DNA of 64,000 bases, taken from positions 3,410,001-3,474,000 of the forward strand of contig CM038998.1 in the NCBI GenBank assembly GCA_017499595.2, in the 5' to 3' direction. The translations under genes and the position numbers were made by a program. The notes under the pieces are model-generated. The model was given only the letters and a program-made list of their open reading frames with translations. It searched no databases and was not told the DNA's origin. This document shows positions 37,246 through 48,225 of the stretch, piece after piece. Position 1 is the first letter of the stretch. Each line of letters begins with the position of its first letter. Origin of the DNA: Psilocybe cubensis. Lineage: Eukaryota.

Positions 37246-37274
37246 GGGAATGGGAATGGGAAATTGGGAATGGG
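37246..37274 (+). repeat. (GGGAAT)n tandem repeat, G-quadruplex consensus
   Basis: GGGAATGGGAATGGGAAATTGGGAATGGG: five G3 runs with 3-5 nt loops. Confidence 0.7.
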
Positions 37275-37783
37275 AAATCTCATCGGAGCATTTTGCGTGC
37301 AAAACTAAAATGTTATCTGGCTTCTGGCCTTGCTTGCTTGCTAAGGACGTGTCATCGTGCTCTACAAGGTTGGGGCGATACGGATACCCCCGATTATTTA
37401 GGACGATATTCGGAAACTTTTTGACGGGCTGGACTTTTTTTTCTTTCTTTCTAGTAACTTCTGGGTTCTGGTTTTCGTGCAGCGCAATTCGCCACTTGTT
37501 CGCTTTGTGTTCTGCGCTTACTCTTTCGATTTATCAGCTAAGGGCGGAGTGCGTGACTTGTACTTCATGAGGCGAGGGATACACCCGGCCGGGGTCCTCG
37601 CGTTCCTGATCTGCCTCCCACGGTTATCGCTCTCTAACTCTTGACTTCATGAGAGAGCGCGTCAGACGTGCGAATATGCCTGACCAATACCTGACCTTTC
37701 AACCAAACTTTTTTTTTGGGAAAACACGCGCTCTTGCATTTGTTTGGGGATTTGGTGGTAGGTATCAGTGTAACCATTGCGGA

Positions 37784-37826
37784 TGACCGTTGACCGTTGA
37801 CTGTTGAACGTTTGAACATTGACTGC
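37784..37826 (+). repeat. degenerate heptamer tandem repeat (TGACCGT-like x6)
   Basis: tgaccgt tgaccgt tgactgt tgaacgt t tgaacat tgactgc. Confidence 0.7.
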
Positions 37827-38736
37827 TGGATACAATTCTCTGGGGCTGTCCCACTGCAGTCTGCCATGCTATACATACATACTACGGTTGATATAATGAT
37901 GATGTGATGAGCTATAAAGGCGGTTGTTTTGATTGTGATAAGCAGGTTGTATTAATATTGTATGCGTAATCATCGCCCGCGCCCGTCGAGGATGGAGAGA
38001 CAGAGCCGCAGTCTTACGCAAGAGGGAGGGAAGGGGAGGAGAAGGGGGAACGAACAGAGACCCTTGGTCAGCTCCGGCTGCGTAAAATTGCGCAAGCGAG
38101 TGTGGGCCAAAAAAGAGCCGGGTGTCCGTGCCGGGATGCCACCTTGTCAACGATTTCGCGCCTTTTGGGCGGCTGTTTACGCTGCAGTGTCTGTGCTGCA
38201 ATTAAAGAAACTGCATTTGCCGACGATTATCCATTTCGGAGAGACAGAGTAAGGAAGGGTACCTCCTAACGCCGCTCGAGGCAATTTCATGTTGAGAGGC
38301 ATGTATGGAATGCAGGGCGTAAGTTTACAAGCGCTCGACGGACAAACGGAAAGGCTAGAAGTGGGCCCGCAAGATTTATTTTTGTAGCAGGATATTTGGT
38401 ATCACTATCGAAGGTATTCCGAGGGTATGTGGACGTGTTTTAACAAAGCAGTTGTGTTTACTAAGAGTACAGCGGTGGGAAGAAGCTGTATAGATGTACA
38501 TGGAATCCCGTAAAAAAGAAAAGACTGAGAGGACAAGAAATGAGGGAAAAGGAAATAAACTAGTGAAAAAGGGAGGACATGGGCAAGAAAATGGTGGTGG
38601 TGGTGGTGGTACTATGCAGGGAATACAGTCGTCAAGGCATGAGTTTTGGGAATAGGTATTCAGGTCGTTGGTGGTGGTGGATATGTGTTTGTACAGGCCA
38701 AGGCGGCGCGTCGGATCGGGGGCAACGCGGAAGTGA

Positions 38737-39018
38737 TCAACAGTCCTGGCGGCTGAATTCAGCCTGGGTGAGGTCGAGGACAAAGGTTGCCTTGTAATTC
38801 TTTGGAGGCTCGATGAGCTTTGTTGTTTTGGCATTTGTGGTGGAAGCCTTTGCTGCGAGAGCGGGCTGCATGATATGTGAAATGGTTGGGAAGGGGCGGA
38901 GAGCGCGCGAGGATGGGAAAGAGGGGTTGCGCTTTGGCAGGACGCGCTTCTCTGCGGGGAGAGTTGGCTGGGAGGATGTGGCGAGGGGCGAGGAGACAGC
39001 GGGGCGAGTCATGGCCAT
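38737..39018 (-). CDS. small basic hypothetical protein (93 aa, intronless)
   Basis: MAMTRPAVSSPLA...KLIEPPKNYKATFVLDLTQAEFSRQDC. TATAAA at ~39136-39141 and CCAAT at ~39254 lie upstream on the minus strand. Coding-like GC content. Confidence 0.65.
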   Translation of the reverse strand: MAMTRPAVSSPLATSSQPTLPAEKRVLPKRNPSFPSSRALRPFPTISHIMQPALAAKASTTNAKTTKLIEPPKNYKATFVLDLTQAEFSRQDC

Positions 39019-41058
39019 CCTGTGCCAGCAGTTGTAGTGAGGAGGTAAGAGTAAGTAAGAAATGAAAGCAGGCGTACTGTTATATGTATGCTTTGCAGGG
39101 AGGCTGGTATTGAATCGGACTGAGACTGAGCGTGTATTTATACCTTTTAGACTGAACGCCAATTGCGCATTTCAGTTTGGGGGAGATGCAACTACATTTT
39201 GGTTGGGGTTCGGCAACCTACCCACGGCACGCTTAATTCGCTGCGCGTATCTCATTGGCTCCCCACAGTCGCGTCTTTCCTACTAACCACCCCACTATCT
39301 ATCTTGCACCTCTTGCTTCTCCTCATCCACTGTCCTCCTTACTCGGGGTTCAACGTGAGATCCCCTAGACATTCATATCCACCCCCTCTTGCTCTCCACC
39401 TTTGTCTCGGGTCGCCACCATGTCGCGTCTCCATCCTTGTTCTCAGCCTTGTGGAAATTCCGCTGTCTGGTCACCCGAATACACCCAAGTCTAATTTCTT
39501 CGAACCTAGCTTCTCGCAATCTTGTCTCACTCCGCACGTGAAGCCCCTCCAACTTATAAAGCAATCTTATCTCTCCATGTGTCTTCGAGATCCTTACTAC
39601 AAGACCGCTCTCCAAGACTACCTCGTCGCACAAGATCATCATGCATTAATCCCAGATAACAACACGCCATGCAGATCTCTCCCAGGAAGCATTAAGGCCC
39701 CAATTTTCTGCATGGTCTATCCACTTTTCTTGTTCCAAACCATCCCCTCGTTCCTTCTCTTCACACGAATATGTGTCTTTGGAGATATCACAATCAATGG
39801 TTGCGTACTTGCGCAGTAAACATACCACTTTGCGCGATTCTAAACAATCCTTGGCGTTCTTTTTGTGTGTCCTTGATCGACTTCGCCTCGGAGCGCTATC
39901 CAACTGTCAGTTCTCGAATTATAATCTCTCACATTCCACGAAATTTTTGGACCGTACGCCTCCGCACGACCATTGCTCTGGATTCAAACGCTCTACTAGG
40001 CCTCCAGGTCACCACGACTGCCCTTCTAAAGATGTCTACTTGTAGTGTAAACATATAAGTCCCATGTTTTGTAATCACGACACCGTATATGCTACCAAGT
40101 TCCCTCCCTTTCCGAAACATGCCAGGTAATTTTCCAACTCGGCACCCGTTCCAGTACCAGGGAAATCTTTCACGCCCCGTCTTGCGGCGCATTCCGTGCA
40201 ACTCAGAGAAAAAAAATGCATTTATACATTACCAGACATCCGCTCCCTTCTCTCACTCCGTGGAGTCCAAGGGAGAACAGCAACCAGCACAGGATGCCTA
40301 GAAGAATATCAATCGCTATCAACATGTTTGCGTGGTGCATTCAATTGCATGGTCTGATTCTAAGCTTGGGGAAACGTCTGGAAATGTCAGGAAACGAGCG
40401 GCCGGCGGCCTGTCCGATATCTATCGGAACTGGCAGGGTCGTGCAGCTTGTGCTAGGTCAAACTTTAAACCATTGCTTCAACTTCTGGTCTGACCTGTTG
40501 CCAGTCATTAATTCAAAGCCTTTGAGATCGAGCAGTGTTCGGTGGATTCGAAATCACACACTATCAAGTCGAAGCTTTGATTACACCAAACAGAAACACT
40601 ACTATTTATTTCTAACTACATAAGCTTCCGAAACTAACAACACAAGGTGTCTAAATACTCACACAGCAGATAATGTGTACTGTGAAAAGTAATTAGTTGA
40701 TAGAGATGGTGAGGGAAAGGTAATGGGGAATTGATGTGATGGAGAAAGGGGAAAGGGGAAAAGTGGGTTCTCCCGTTATCGATGACTCTATATGTGTTTC
40801 GGATACAGCTCATCGATGCCAGGGTGCGAAGCGAAGCAATTGATAAGAACCGACATGCATTAGAGGGTAGGTGGGGAGGAGGTGAACAAGAATAATTGGC
40901 AAGTCACGACCAGCAAAATTGATTCAAATGATCAACAGAATTAAAAACGGTGTGTGTGTTCGCCTTTAAACAGGAGGAGTGTGGGTTGAAAGAACTGAGA
41001 ATATCAGTGAAGACGGGAATAAGTGTGGGGGGAAACTGGCCGTCGAAGAGATTAGGTG

Positions 41059-41301
41059 TTAATAATATCCAGCTGGGATCGCGGATGTTTCAGGATAAGA
41101 CAGTGTGAGTGTGAGTTGTGTGCATGAGCGCGTCGATGAATCCTGTTGTTGTCGCTCTGACTCGACGGATGGGCCTCTCCCCCCCGCCTGCTTTCCTAAT
41201 GTACAAATGGCGTTGTGTTTGAAAAGTCCGAGAAAGACGATGATTCCGAGAGCAAATATGATCAAAACGGCCTGCCGATGGTTGCGAGTGTAGTTTGCCA
41301 T
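41059..41301 (-). CDS. putative small single-pass membrane ORF downstream of yippee (80 aa)
   Basis: ATG at 41301, hydrophobic AVLIIFALGIIVFLGLF. Lies only 77 nt past the yippee stop. Confidence 0.2.
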   Translation of the reverse strand: MANYTRNHRQAVLIIFALGIIVFLGLFKHNAICTLGKQAGGRGPSVESERQQQDSSTRSCTQLTLTLSYPETSAIPAGYY

Positions 41302-41378
41302 CCTTAAATAAGGAAGGCGCAGGGTATACGGTTTGCCCTACGCGGTTTCAAATACCGCGTAGGAATAGCGTATGGAGC

Positions 41379-41906
41379 CTACTGCACGTCCACAAGCAGG
41401 TTCCGTTCGAGTATGTATTTGCCCTCTTTGTACTTCTGGGACTGCTCATAGGCTTTATCCTGTGTGTGGTGAAGCGTTCCAGGGTCAGCTTATGCGGGGA
41501 ACAGAACAGTGGATAGGAAAATGCATTTACGTATTTCCAGCCTAGAGTTGTGCCACATTTAACGCAATAGATGTCACGGACGGTGTGGTTGCCAGTGGTC
41601 ATTGCACGGTCATCCGGCTCGCCTTCGATAACGTTAACACTAGAGTAAAGCGTTCATAAGCGAGTGTGTGTGTGGAAAGGCCACTAGAAGACTTACACGC
41701 CATCGAAGAGGTAGGCTCTACCGTGCTGGCCATTGAACGCCTGCCACAAAATGATGTCAGCCACATGCGATTTGATTCCATGACAGACGTCAGGAAAACA
41801 AGCTTACCCGAGACATCATGCTGTGGATTGTCGCGAGATGGGTCTTGCAGGTCGAGCATCCGTAGATGCGCTCACCGGATAGGTAACGACGGTAGCTCAT
41901 GCCCAT
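41379..41906 (-). CDS. MOH1: yippee/Moh1 (YPEL) zinc-binding protein
   Basis: MGMSYRRYLSGERIYGCSTCKTHLA...SRAFNGQHGRAYLF...[42 protein letters not shown]. Confidence 0.96.
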
Positions 41907-43861
41907 TGTAGATGAATTGTCTGATTGGTTGTCTGAGATGAGAGATTTGGAAAGATGTGAGTCAAGCAATGCACGTCAAATGAACGCAAACTGAGTTCAA
42001 TGATTGAGAATGAATGGGTTTCTACTAGACGAGGTCGTGGGGAAGGTAGAGAGAGAAAGGAATGCAGCATTATATAGTCTTATCCCGGGGGGGTCAGGTC
42101 AGGTCAGGAGTAAAATACTTATGGACCATCCGGAGAGTTACCATAAACGAACTTGTTCCGCACCGTCCATGCCCTCCGCCCTTTTGCAGCGACTTTCCGC
42201 GACGAAGCCCACGCCTTATCAGTCTCCTCATGGCTGAGGGAACCAAAAACACCTGTTTTCCATGTTCCTGCTCACTTCTGCCTCGCTGTCGAATTTGCAA
42301 AGAAAGTGGGAATGTGGGATCTACGCGGTTTTTCTGGCGACCAACACCACATCTCCGGCCGCTTTTTTGGAGGGCCAGGTCCCGTAACCCATAAATGACT
42401 CTCTTGACGCCTTACATGGTGTGAAATATGGTCATGCTCTGTCATCGATGACTATCTTTCGCAAGCCACCGTGTCCTCTTCGGACGATGGTGGCGCGCTC
42501 TAACTCCGTCCCGCTCACCTTCTAACACCACCTGTAGGTCCCAATGATCTTGCCCCATTTTTTCCATGGTAAAAAAAATACTCGTTCTGTGATCGAACGA
42601 AATGATATAACGCATCCTGGGGCGAAAAAAATTGCCATATGACATATGCTCTCTTTCTCTATGACGAAATGCTGCAGATCTGCGCACCGTTGCCCTGGTT
42701 TTTTTGTCTGTTCAAAGTTTGACCGCACACACTCTTTTGTACCTCGAAGTTCCGGCGGTCTGCTACCACCAATATGCAGGGGCATGATCAGGTCACGGTT
42801 CACATACTTCATTGCCAATTATCCGTCCCAGCCTGCTGTTTCTCCGGAACGTAAAAAAAAGGAGTGTCGGTTTAAAGCCTACGTGGGCTATTTGTCATAC
42901 CCCCCCTTCCAACTATCGCCTTCGTTCGGACGGGCGGTGCACAGCAAGCGTGGATTGAGCGTCTATTCTTGGATAGGGCTGGAACTGCAGCAGCAGGCGG
43001 GAATTTTGTTGCCTATTGCTGTCTACCTTCTGCTGCGCCTGGTGCTGTGTTCGAGGCATTTCTTCGACTCTATGGGAGATGAACTTCTCATATTGCGTGT
43101 ACGTTGACACACTGCCCTCAGATTAGAACCCTGAGGAGTCACGAATATATACATACACTTTGAAATTCTAGTTCGTGGAGGTTATCTCTTCTTGGCTGTG
43201 ATAGGAAATTTGTAATGATCCACGCTCACCTGGTTATTGAGCTTTTCTTCCCTGTGGCTGGTGGTCATGTCATCACCACGAGTCAACTTGAACGTCTTCA
43301 ACGCTACCAGGACTAACCTGTCTGGTAACAATCGAAGCTCGACGAACACCTGAATCTCAATTATCACGCCAACTCCATCAGCATCAAGGGCACTACTACA
43401 CTTATTGGTCTCAAAGCAAACAATCATCCTACACACCACGCCAGACGCAGAGATTAATCTCCCATTGGATAACATCTGTTCTCCGAAGTTGCTCAACTCT
43501 GTGTAGTTTTCTCGAAGCAACTCCAGATCTCGACCGAAACGTTATCACAACCCAGTGTACTCCAGCTCGTTCGACCGAAATTTCATTGGTGATAACGCTG
43601 GCAACGGGGAATCAGGGAAGCCGACACGGAAAAATGGGAAATGGTGCACCTTATGGATCTATGAAAGCCAAAACTTTACAGTTGCGGATTGACGGGAGAC
43701 CATAATCGTAGAGACGAGTAGATTAGACAAATTGTATCTTACAAACTTATTTTTAATAAACTTATTTCCCAATGGCCTCCCCTCGTAGCATTATTTGGTG
43801 TTGGAAGGGGATAAGTTCTGAATAACCCACACATGTCTGTCAAAATCTAAACAAAAAAATG

Positions 43862-43965
43862 TGCCCCCTGCAAGGCTCGAACTTGCGACCTCAGGATTAC
43901 CTAAGCAATGCTTAGTCATAGGGATTCTATGAGACCTGCGCTCTAGCCAACTGAGCCAAGGAGGC
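43862..43965 (-). tRNA. tRNA-Met(CAT), elongator type, with 30-nt intron (43898-43927)
   Basis: GCCTCCT acceptor stem, GCTC/GAGC D-stem, CAGGT-CTCATA^A-TCCTG anticodon arm, GCAAG-TTCGAGC-CTTGC T arm, 74 nt mature. T7 Pol III terminator immediately downstream (43853-43859). Confidence 0.96.
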
Positions 43966-44316
43966 TATACGCAAGTGCCATTTTGTAGCGTACAATGACT
44001 GAAGGTTATGACCAAGTGTGACCATGCATCTGTTTTCGTGACGGAGTGACTTTGCTGCTTTACCACCATCTCCTTGCTGTCCGCGAATTATCTGGCCGGC
44101 CACCTCCTCCTACCTCACCGTATTCGTCGACGCGCCCTTGTTTTCCGCTTTTGTTGCGGCCTATCTGTCGCTTTATAACTCCGCAGACCCTTGTTTTCTT
44201 ACCATTGGGGGTTATTGAAGACACACCTGGCCTTCAAGTTCTCTCTTTCTCGAACGAAGTTTCATCACTCCTAGTCGCCAATTTCGCGGCTACAGTTGTC
44301 TGCATATCACATTTCC

Positions 44317-46691
44317 ATGTCTTCGAGAAAACGACCAGCCACCGAACCACTATCTCCGCCACATTCTCCTAAACATCCACGTCTTAGTTTGGAAATTCCT
44401 GACAGGGACCCTCCTAAATCAAAGAAAATCATTGGTCGTTGGTGGGCAATGGCGAAAGACATGACGGAACTCGTTATGGACACCATCTCGGCGATTGCTT
44501 CGCGTACGTCTATCATTGTCTCATGCTGTTGTGTATGCGCCTCTGATCTCTACTTTAGTGGGATTATCATCTCCAACCCCATCTTCCTCGTCGCCAGAAC
44601 CTGATACTCCGTCGCTTGTGGATGAAGCACGGTTATCCTCCTCGCCCGTATCCTCTTCTTTAGATACTCCTCCACAAAGTCCTTCTCCACGTACAAGATC
44701 AGATGCCAACCTCTCCTCCACCCCGAAACAACGCCCAGGCATTTCAATACAGTCTCCACCGACAAATGACACACACCAAAGTGACTGGGCCTCGCGAGAT
44801 CCTCCAAGTGAAGACGAATCATTCCGAATATTTGACGACGCAAACTTCTCCACACCAAAAGCACAACGTGTTCGGTCGACTAGTTCTGATCATATCACTC
44901 TCGAGACCTCTTCTCCAAATAATGCGTCCAACTCTAGTGGCTTAAACAGTTCAGGGACACCAAAGTCACAGGAGTCGCGAGACAGTTCAACTCGAACAAC
45001 TCAGACTTCAAAATCACCGACCCTCATCGCTGTTCCAAAGTCACGGAATCACGTTTCAAGGAAGCCTGGTAGACGTGGGAGTCACCAACCTATCAAAAAG
45101 AGAAAGCATATATACGACGATGTGGTTCGTACAAAATCGTCGTAATCGTTTTTCGAAAACTGAATATCTTACAGCATAAGGCTCATGTTAAACGTTATAA
45201 GCTCGAGTTGAGGGAGGAATTGAGTCAAAGGTTCTATCAAGCAAAGATATCTCATGGTAAATCCTCCTCTCTTGCATTTCTTTTTGCATAAACTCATCTG
45301 GTGTTTAGGCTATCGATCTTCGTACCCTGAATTCAAGGGTATGGCACTTTGATTGACCCAATCCGTATAACTGACCTTTCCTCAGGTTGGCTATCCTACA
45401 AGAAAACCTTGGAAGATTTGAACAGCGCGCCTTCGGTTTCTGGTATGTGTTTATATACGAAAAGCTGTTTCTTTCTCATCATACATTCACCCAGGATTAC
45501 TTGGACCCCCTGCACAATCGTCTGGCACCTCACAGGATGGGATTGTAGGTGATGATTTGACTACGGGAACAACCTTGACTAATGAAATTCCACAGACTCC
45601 TGAATACTTGCAGCGTGCATTGGACATATTCGATGCCACTATGAATGGGTTAGCACATATCCTCGATACTTTTGAAACATGAGCTAACTGGGTCTCTAGT
45701 CCTAAACCTCCTAGACCAAATATCCCAAGTATCGACGAACTTGCAGCGCGCAAAAAGGCGAAACAGGAAGCTATCGACAAGCTCCTTCGTCCTCCTCCTT
45801 TACCGACCAGCCTGTCTCCAGAAGAGGAACAGCAAGTATCAGCCTTGCTTCGCCAACGTGGTGTTATCTCCAAATTTGCCAGAGAGCAAGTATCCGATCA
45901 AGACATCTCTCGACTTCGTCCTGGTCAATGGCTAAATGACGAAATCATCAATTTCTACGGTGCCATGATTCTCGCTCGTTCTGAAGGAAGTAAAGAAAAC
46001 CCTACTTCCGTCTCGAAAGACAAAGGAAAGGCCAAGATGAAGGCACCTTTGAATGTGCATTACTTCAGTTCGTTCTTCTGGACGAAGATGACGCAAGAAG
46101 GGTACGATAAAGGAAGGCTCGCCAAATGGACCAAGAAGGTACACATATCTATTGCTTCATCGCGGTATGCTTACTAACTGGAGCTTAGTTGGATATCTTC
46201 TCGAAGGATGCCATTCTCATACCTGTCAACCATGGCAATGCTCATTGGACTGCCGCTTCAATCAATTTCCGTCAAAAACGCTTCGAATCGTATGATAGCA
46301 TGAACATGGCGAAATCTAAAGTATTCCAGGTGGGTGAACTAAATATGTGGAATGAAGTGTGAATTCATGCGTTATATATGAAGGTTCTACGATCATACGT
46401 TAACTCGGAACACATGAACAAAAGGAACAAGCCTTTCAACTTCGATGGTTGGGAAGACTGGGCACCAGCGGTATGGTTCTTCAAAGTCGTTCCGCTTACC
46501 TTACTCACACTTTTCTGCAGTCGACCCCACAGCAGGAAAACGGCTACGACTGCGGTGTCTTCACATGTCAGTTCCTGGAATCGCTATCTAGAGGCGAAGA
46601 TTTCTTCAATTTCTCGCAAGCCGATATGCACTATCTTCGAAGACGAATGATCTGGGAAATTGGCAACTCCAAACTCTACAATTCCCGTTAG
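44317..46691 (+). CDS. ULP1: SUMO protease Ulp1 (peptidase C48)
   Basis: LRPGQWLNDEIINFY, HYFSSFF, LAKWTKK, IPVNHGNAHWT, YDSM, PQQENGYDCGVF. All N-terminal exons splice in frame. Confidence 0.93.
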
Positions 46692-46922
46692 CCTCTTATT
46701 GTAAATATTTTTGTGGACTCTTTTCTCTCTTTGTTTCTTTTTTGTCGCACCTATTCGTATACTTTGCTGTATTTTTATCACTTTTGTTTTGTTGCGCTTT
46801 GCTATTCGACGGAGGATGGAAGGAATGAAAACCAATATTCAATAGCCGTCCAGTGTCGAAGATTAACCGTAAGGGTTGGAAGATAATAGCAATAATTACA
46901 CAGAAAATAGGCTTCAATATCG

Positions 46923-47583
46923 TTATCTTCTGAACCACCAGACAACCATAAAGAACCAGAAAACAATGACCAGGAAGACAATATACCACAGCCAGCGACA
47001 GCCCTGCCGTGCAGCCATGTTGTTCATACGTCGAAATGTGCCTGACAAAATGCCACCTGTCTCCGCAAAAGCATCGTTCTGTTGTATTTGAAGAAAAAAG
47101 GGGTTAGTTGAGGACACGTATTAGCAATCAAGCTAGGGGTGATGCGCACCATTTGGCTGAGTTGAATCGTCGATTCTCGGACTTCGTTTCCAATTCCAAT
47201 CGTAATCTACAAAAAGACGAAAGTAACAAGCGCAAGTGCATCAGACAAACTACAATGCGTTGGAAATAAGGCACCCGGGTAGCACAAACTCACGTACATC
47301 CTTCAATAGCTTGACTTTTGCGCTGAGGCCATCAAGCGCCTCGTCATTTTGGCCCTCTAGATCGTCTGCGTACCGGTGACCATTGAACTGTGTTGATGGA
47401 TTGTACACACTTCCGCCAAAGGGTGTTGACCGTCCAGACTGTGGAGGTGTTGTGCCCAATAGTGCTGACCGGTCGCGGAGCGAGGGTGCCGCTCGTACTC
47501 TAGAATTAAAGCAGCCAGGTCAGGATTCCAGCCTCCCCACGTATTGAAAATGGGAGATTCATGGACTCTCACCGTTGTGACAT
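46923..47583 (-). CDS. BET1: ER-Golgi Qc-SNARE Bet1
   Basis: LEGQNDEALDGLSAKVKLLKDITIGIGNEVRES...NDAFAETGGILSGTFRRM plus a C-terminal TM anchor. Confidence 0.92.
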
Positions 47584-48225
47584 TACGAAAATAAAAAAAA
47601 GAGAGACAAAAACTGGACTGGAGAAGTTGTTGGGGCTAGCGTCTAATTTTGCATCGTCCGCTGGGACTGTTGGTCGTGGTGACACGTTGAGGGGTGTTTA
47701 ATTCATTGTAGTGCGCGGGTGCGGTCATTACCGATCAGGTTGACCTTCCAAATGCAGATGTCCCATTCTGCAAAACCATTCGTTGTGTTGGTTGACGGGC
47801 TTGAACTACGGCAACTCAGATAGGTGCAAATTTTGATACGAAGCAAATGTAATTTTTAACAATACACCTATACTAGAACAGCAACGCGCTCTCTGTACCA
47901 GTAAAGAAATGGGCTGGTACCGCTGGATCTACAGAGTACCAGAGAATAAAAAGGGAAGGATCGTTGTATGTTATGATGGGTAAATAAGATACTTATGACA
48001 AATAAGCTATGGAAAGCGGGGCAGGGGTAGGTCTGACAATTGTTAACAAGTGGAATGACTGCGTGTGATGAGTGTGTTGCAGAAAGAGTGTGTCTGGTGA
48101 GGGAATGTGGAGTGGGCGAAATATAGTAATAAAAAAGGTCCTTTCGTCATCATCATGAATGTGTCGAGTATGCTATCAGTACAACGGCTTTTGGGTTTTC
48201 CGTGAGTGCTTGTGCGAAGTTTTCT

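Noticed and set aside
32200-38400. Transposon or LTR remnant in the long intergenic region
   Set aside because: No RT, integrase or transposase motifs in any ORF, and no long direct or terminal inverted repeats seen.
39163-39819. 218-aa plus-strand ORF
   Set aside because: TTG start with a late first ATG. The pyrimidine-rich strand is naturally poor in stop codons. It overlaps the promoter of the 93-aa gene and has no protein-like motifs.
42646-43107. 153-aa plus-strand ORF upstream of yippee
   Set aside because: No domain features, runs through homopolymer tracts, and several equally poor ORFs overlap it on both strands.
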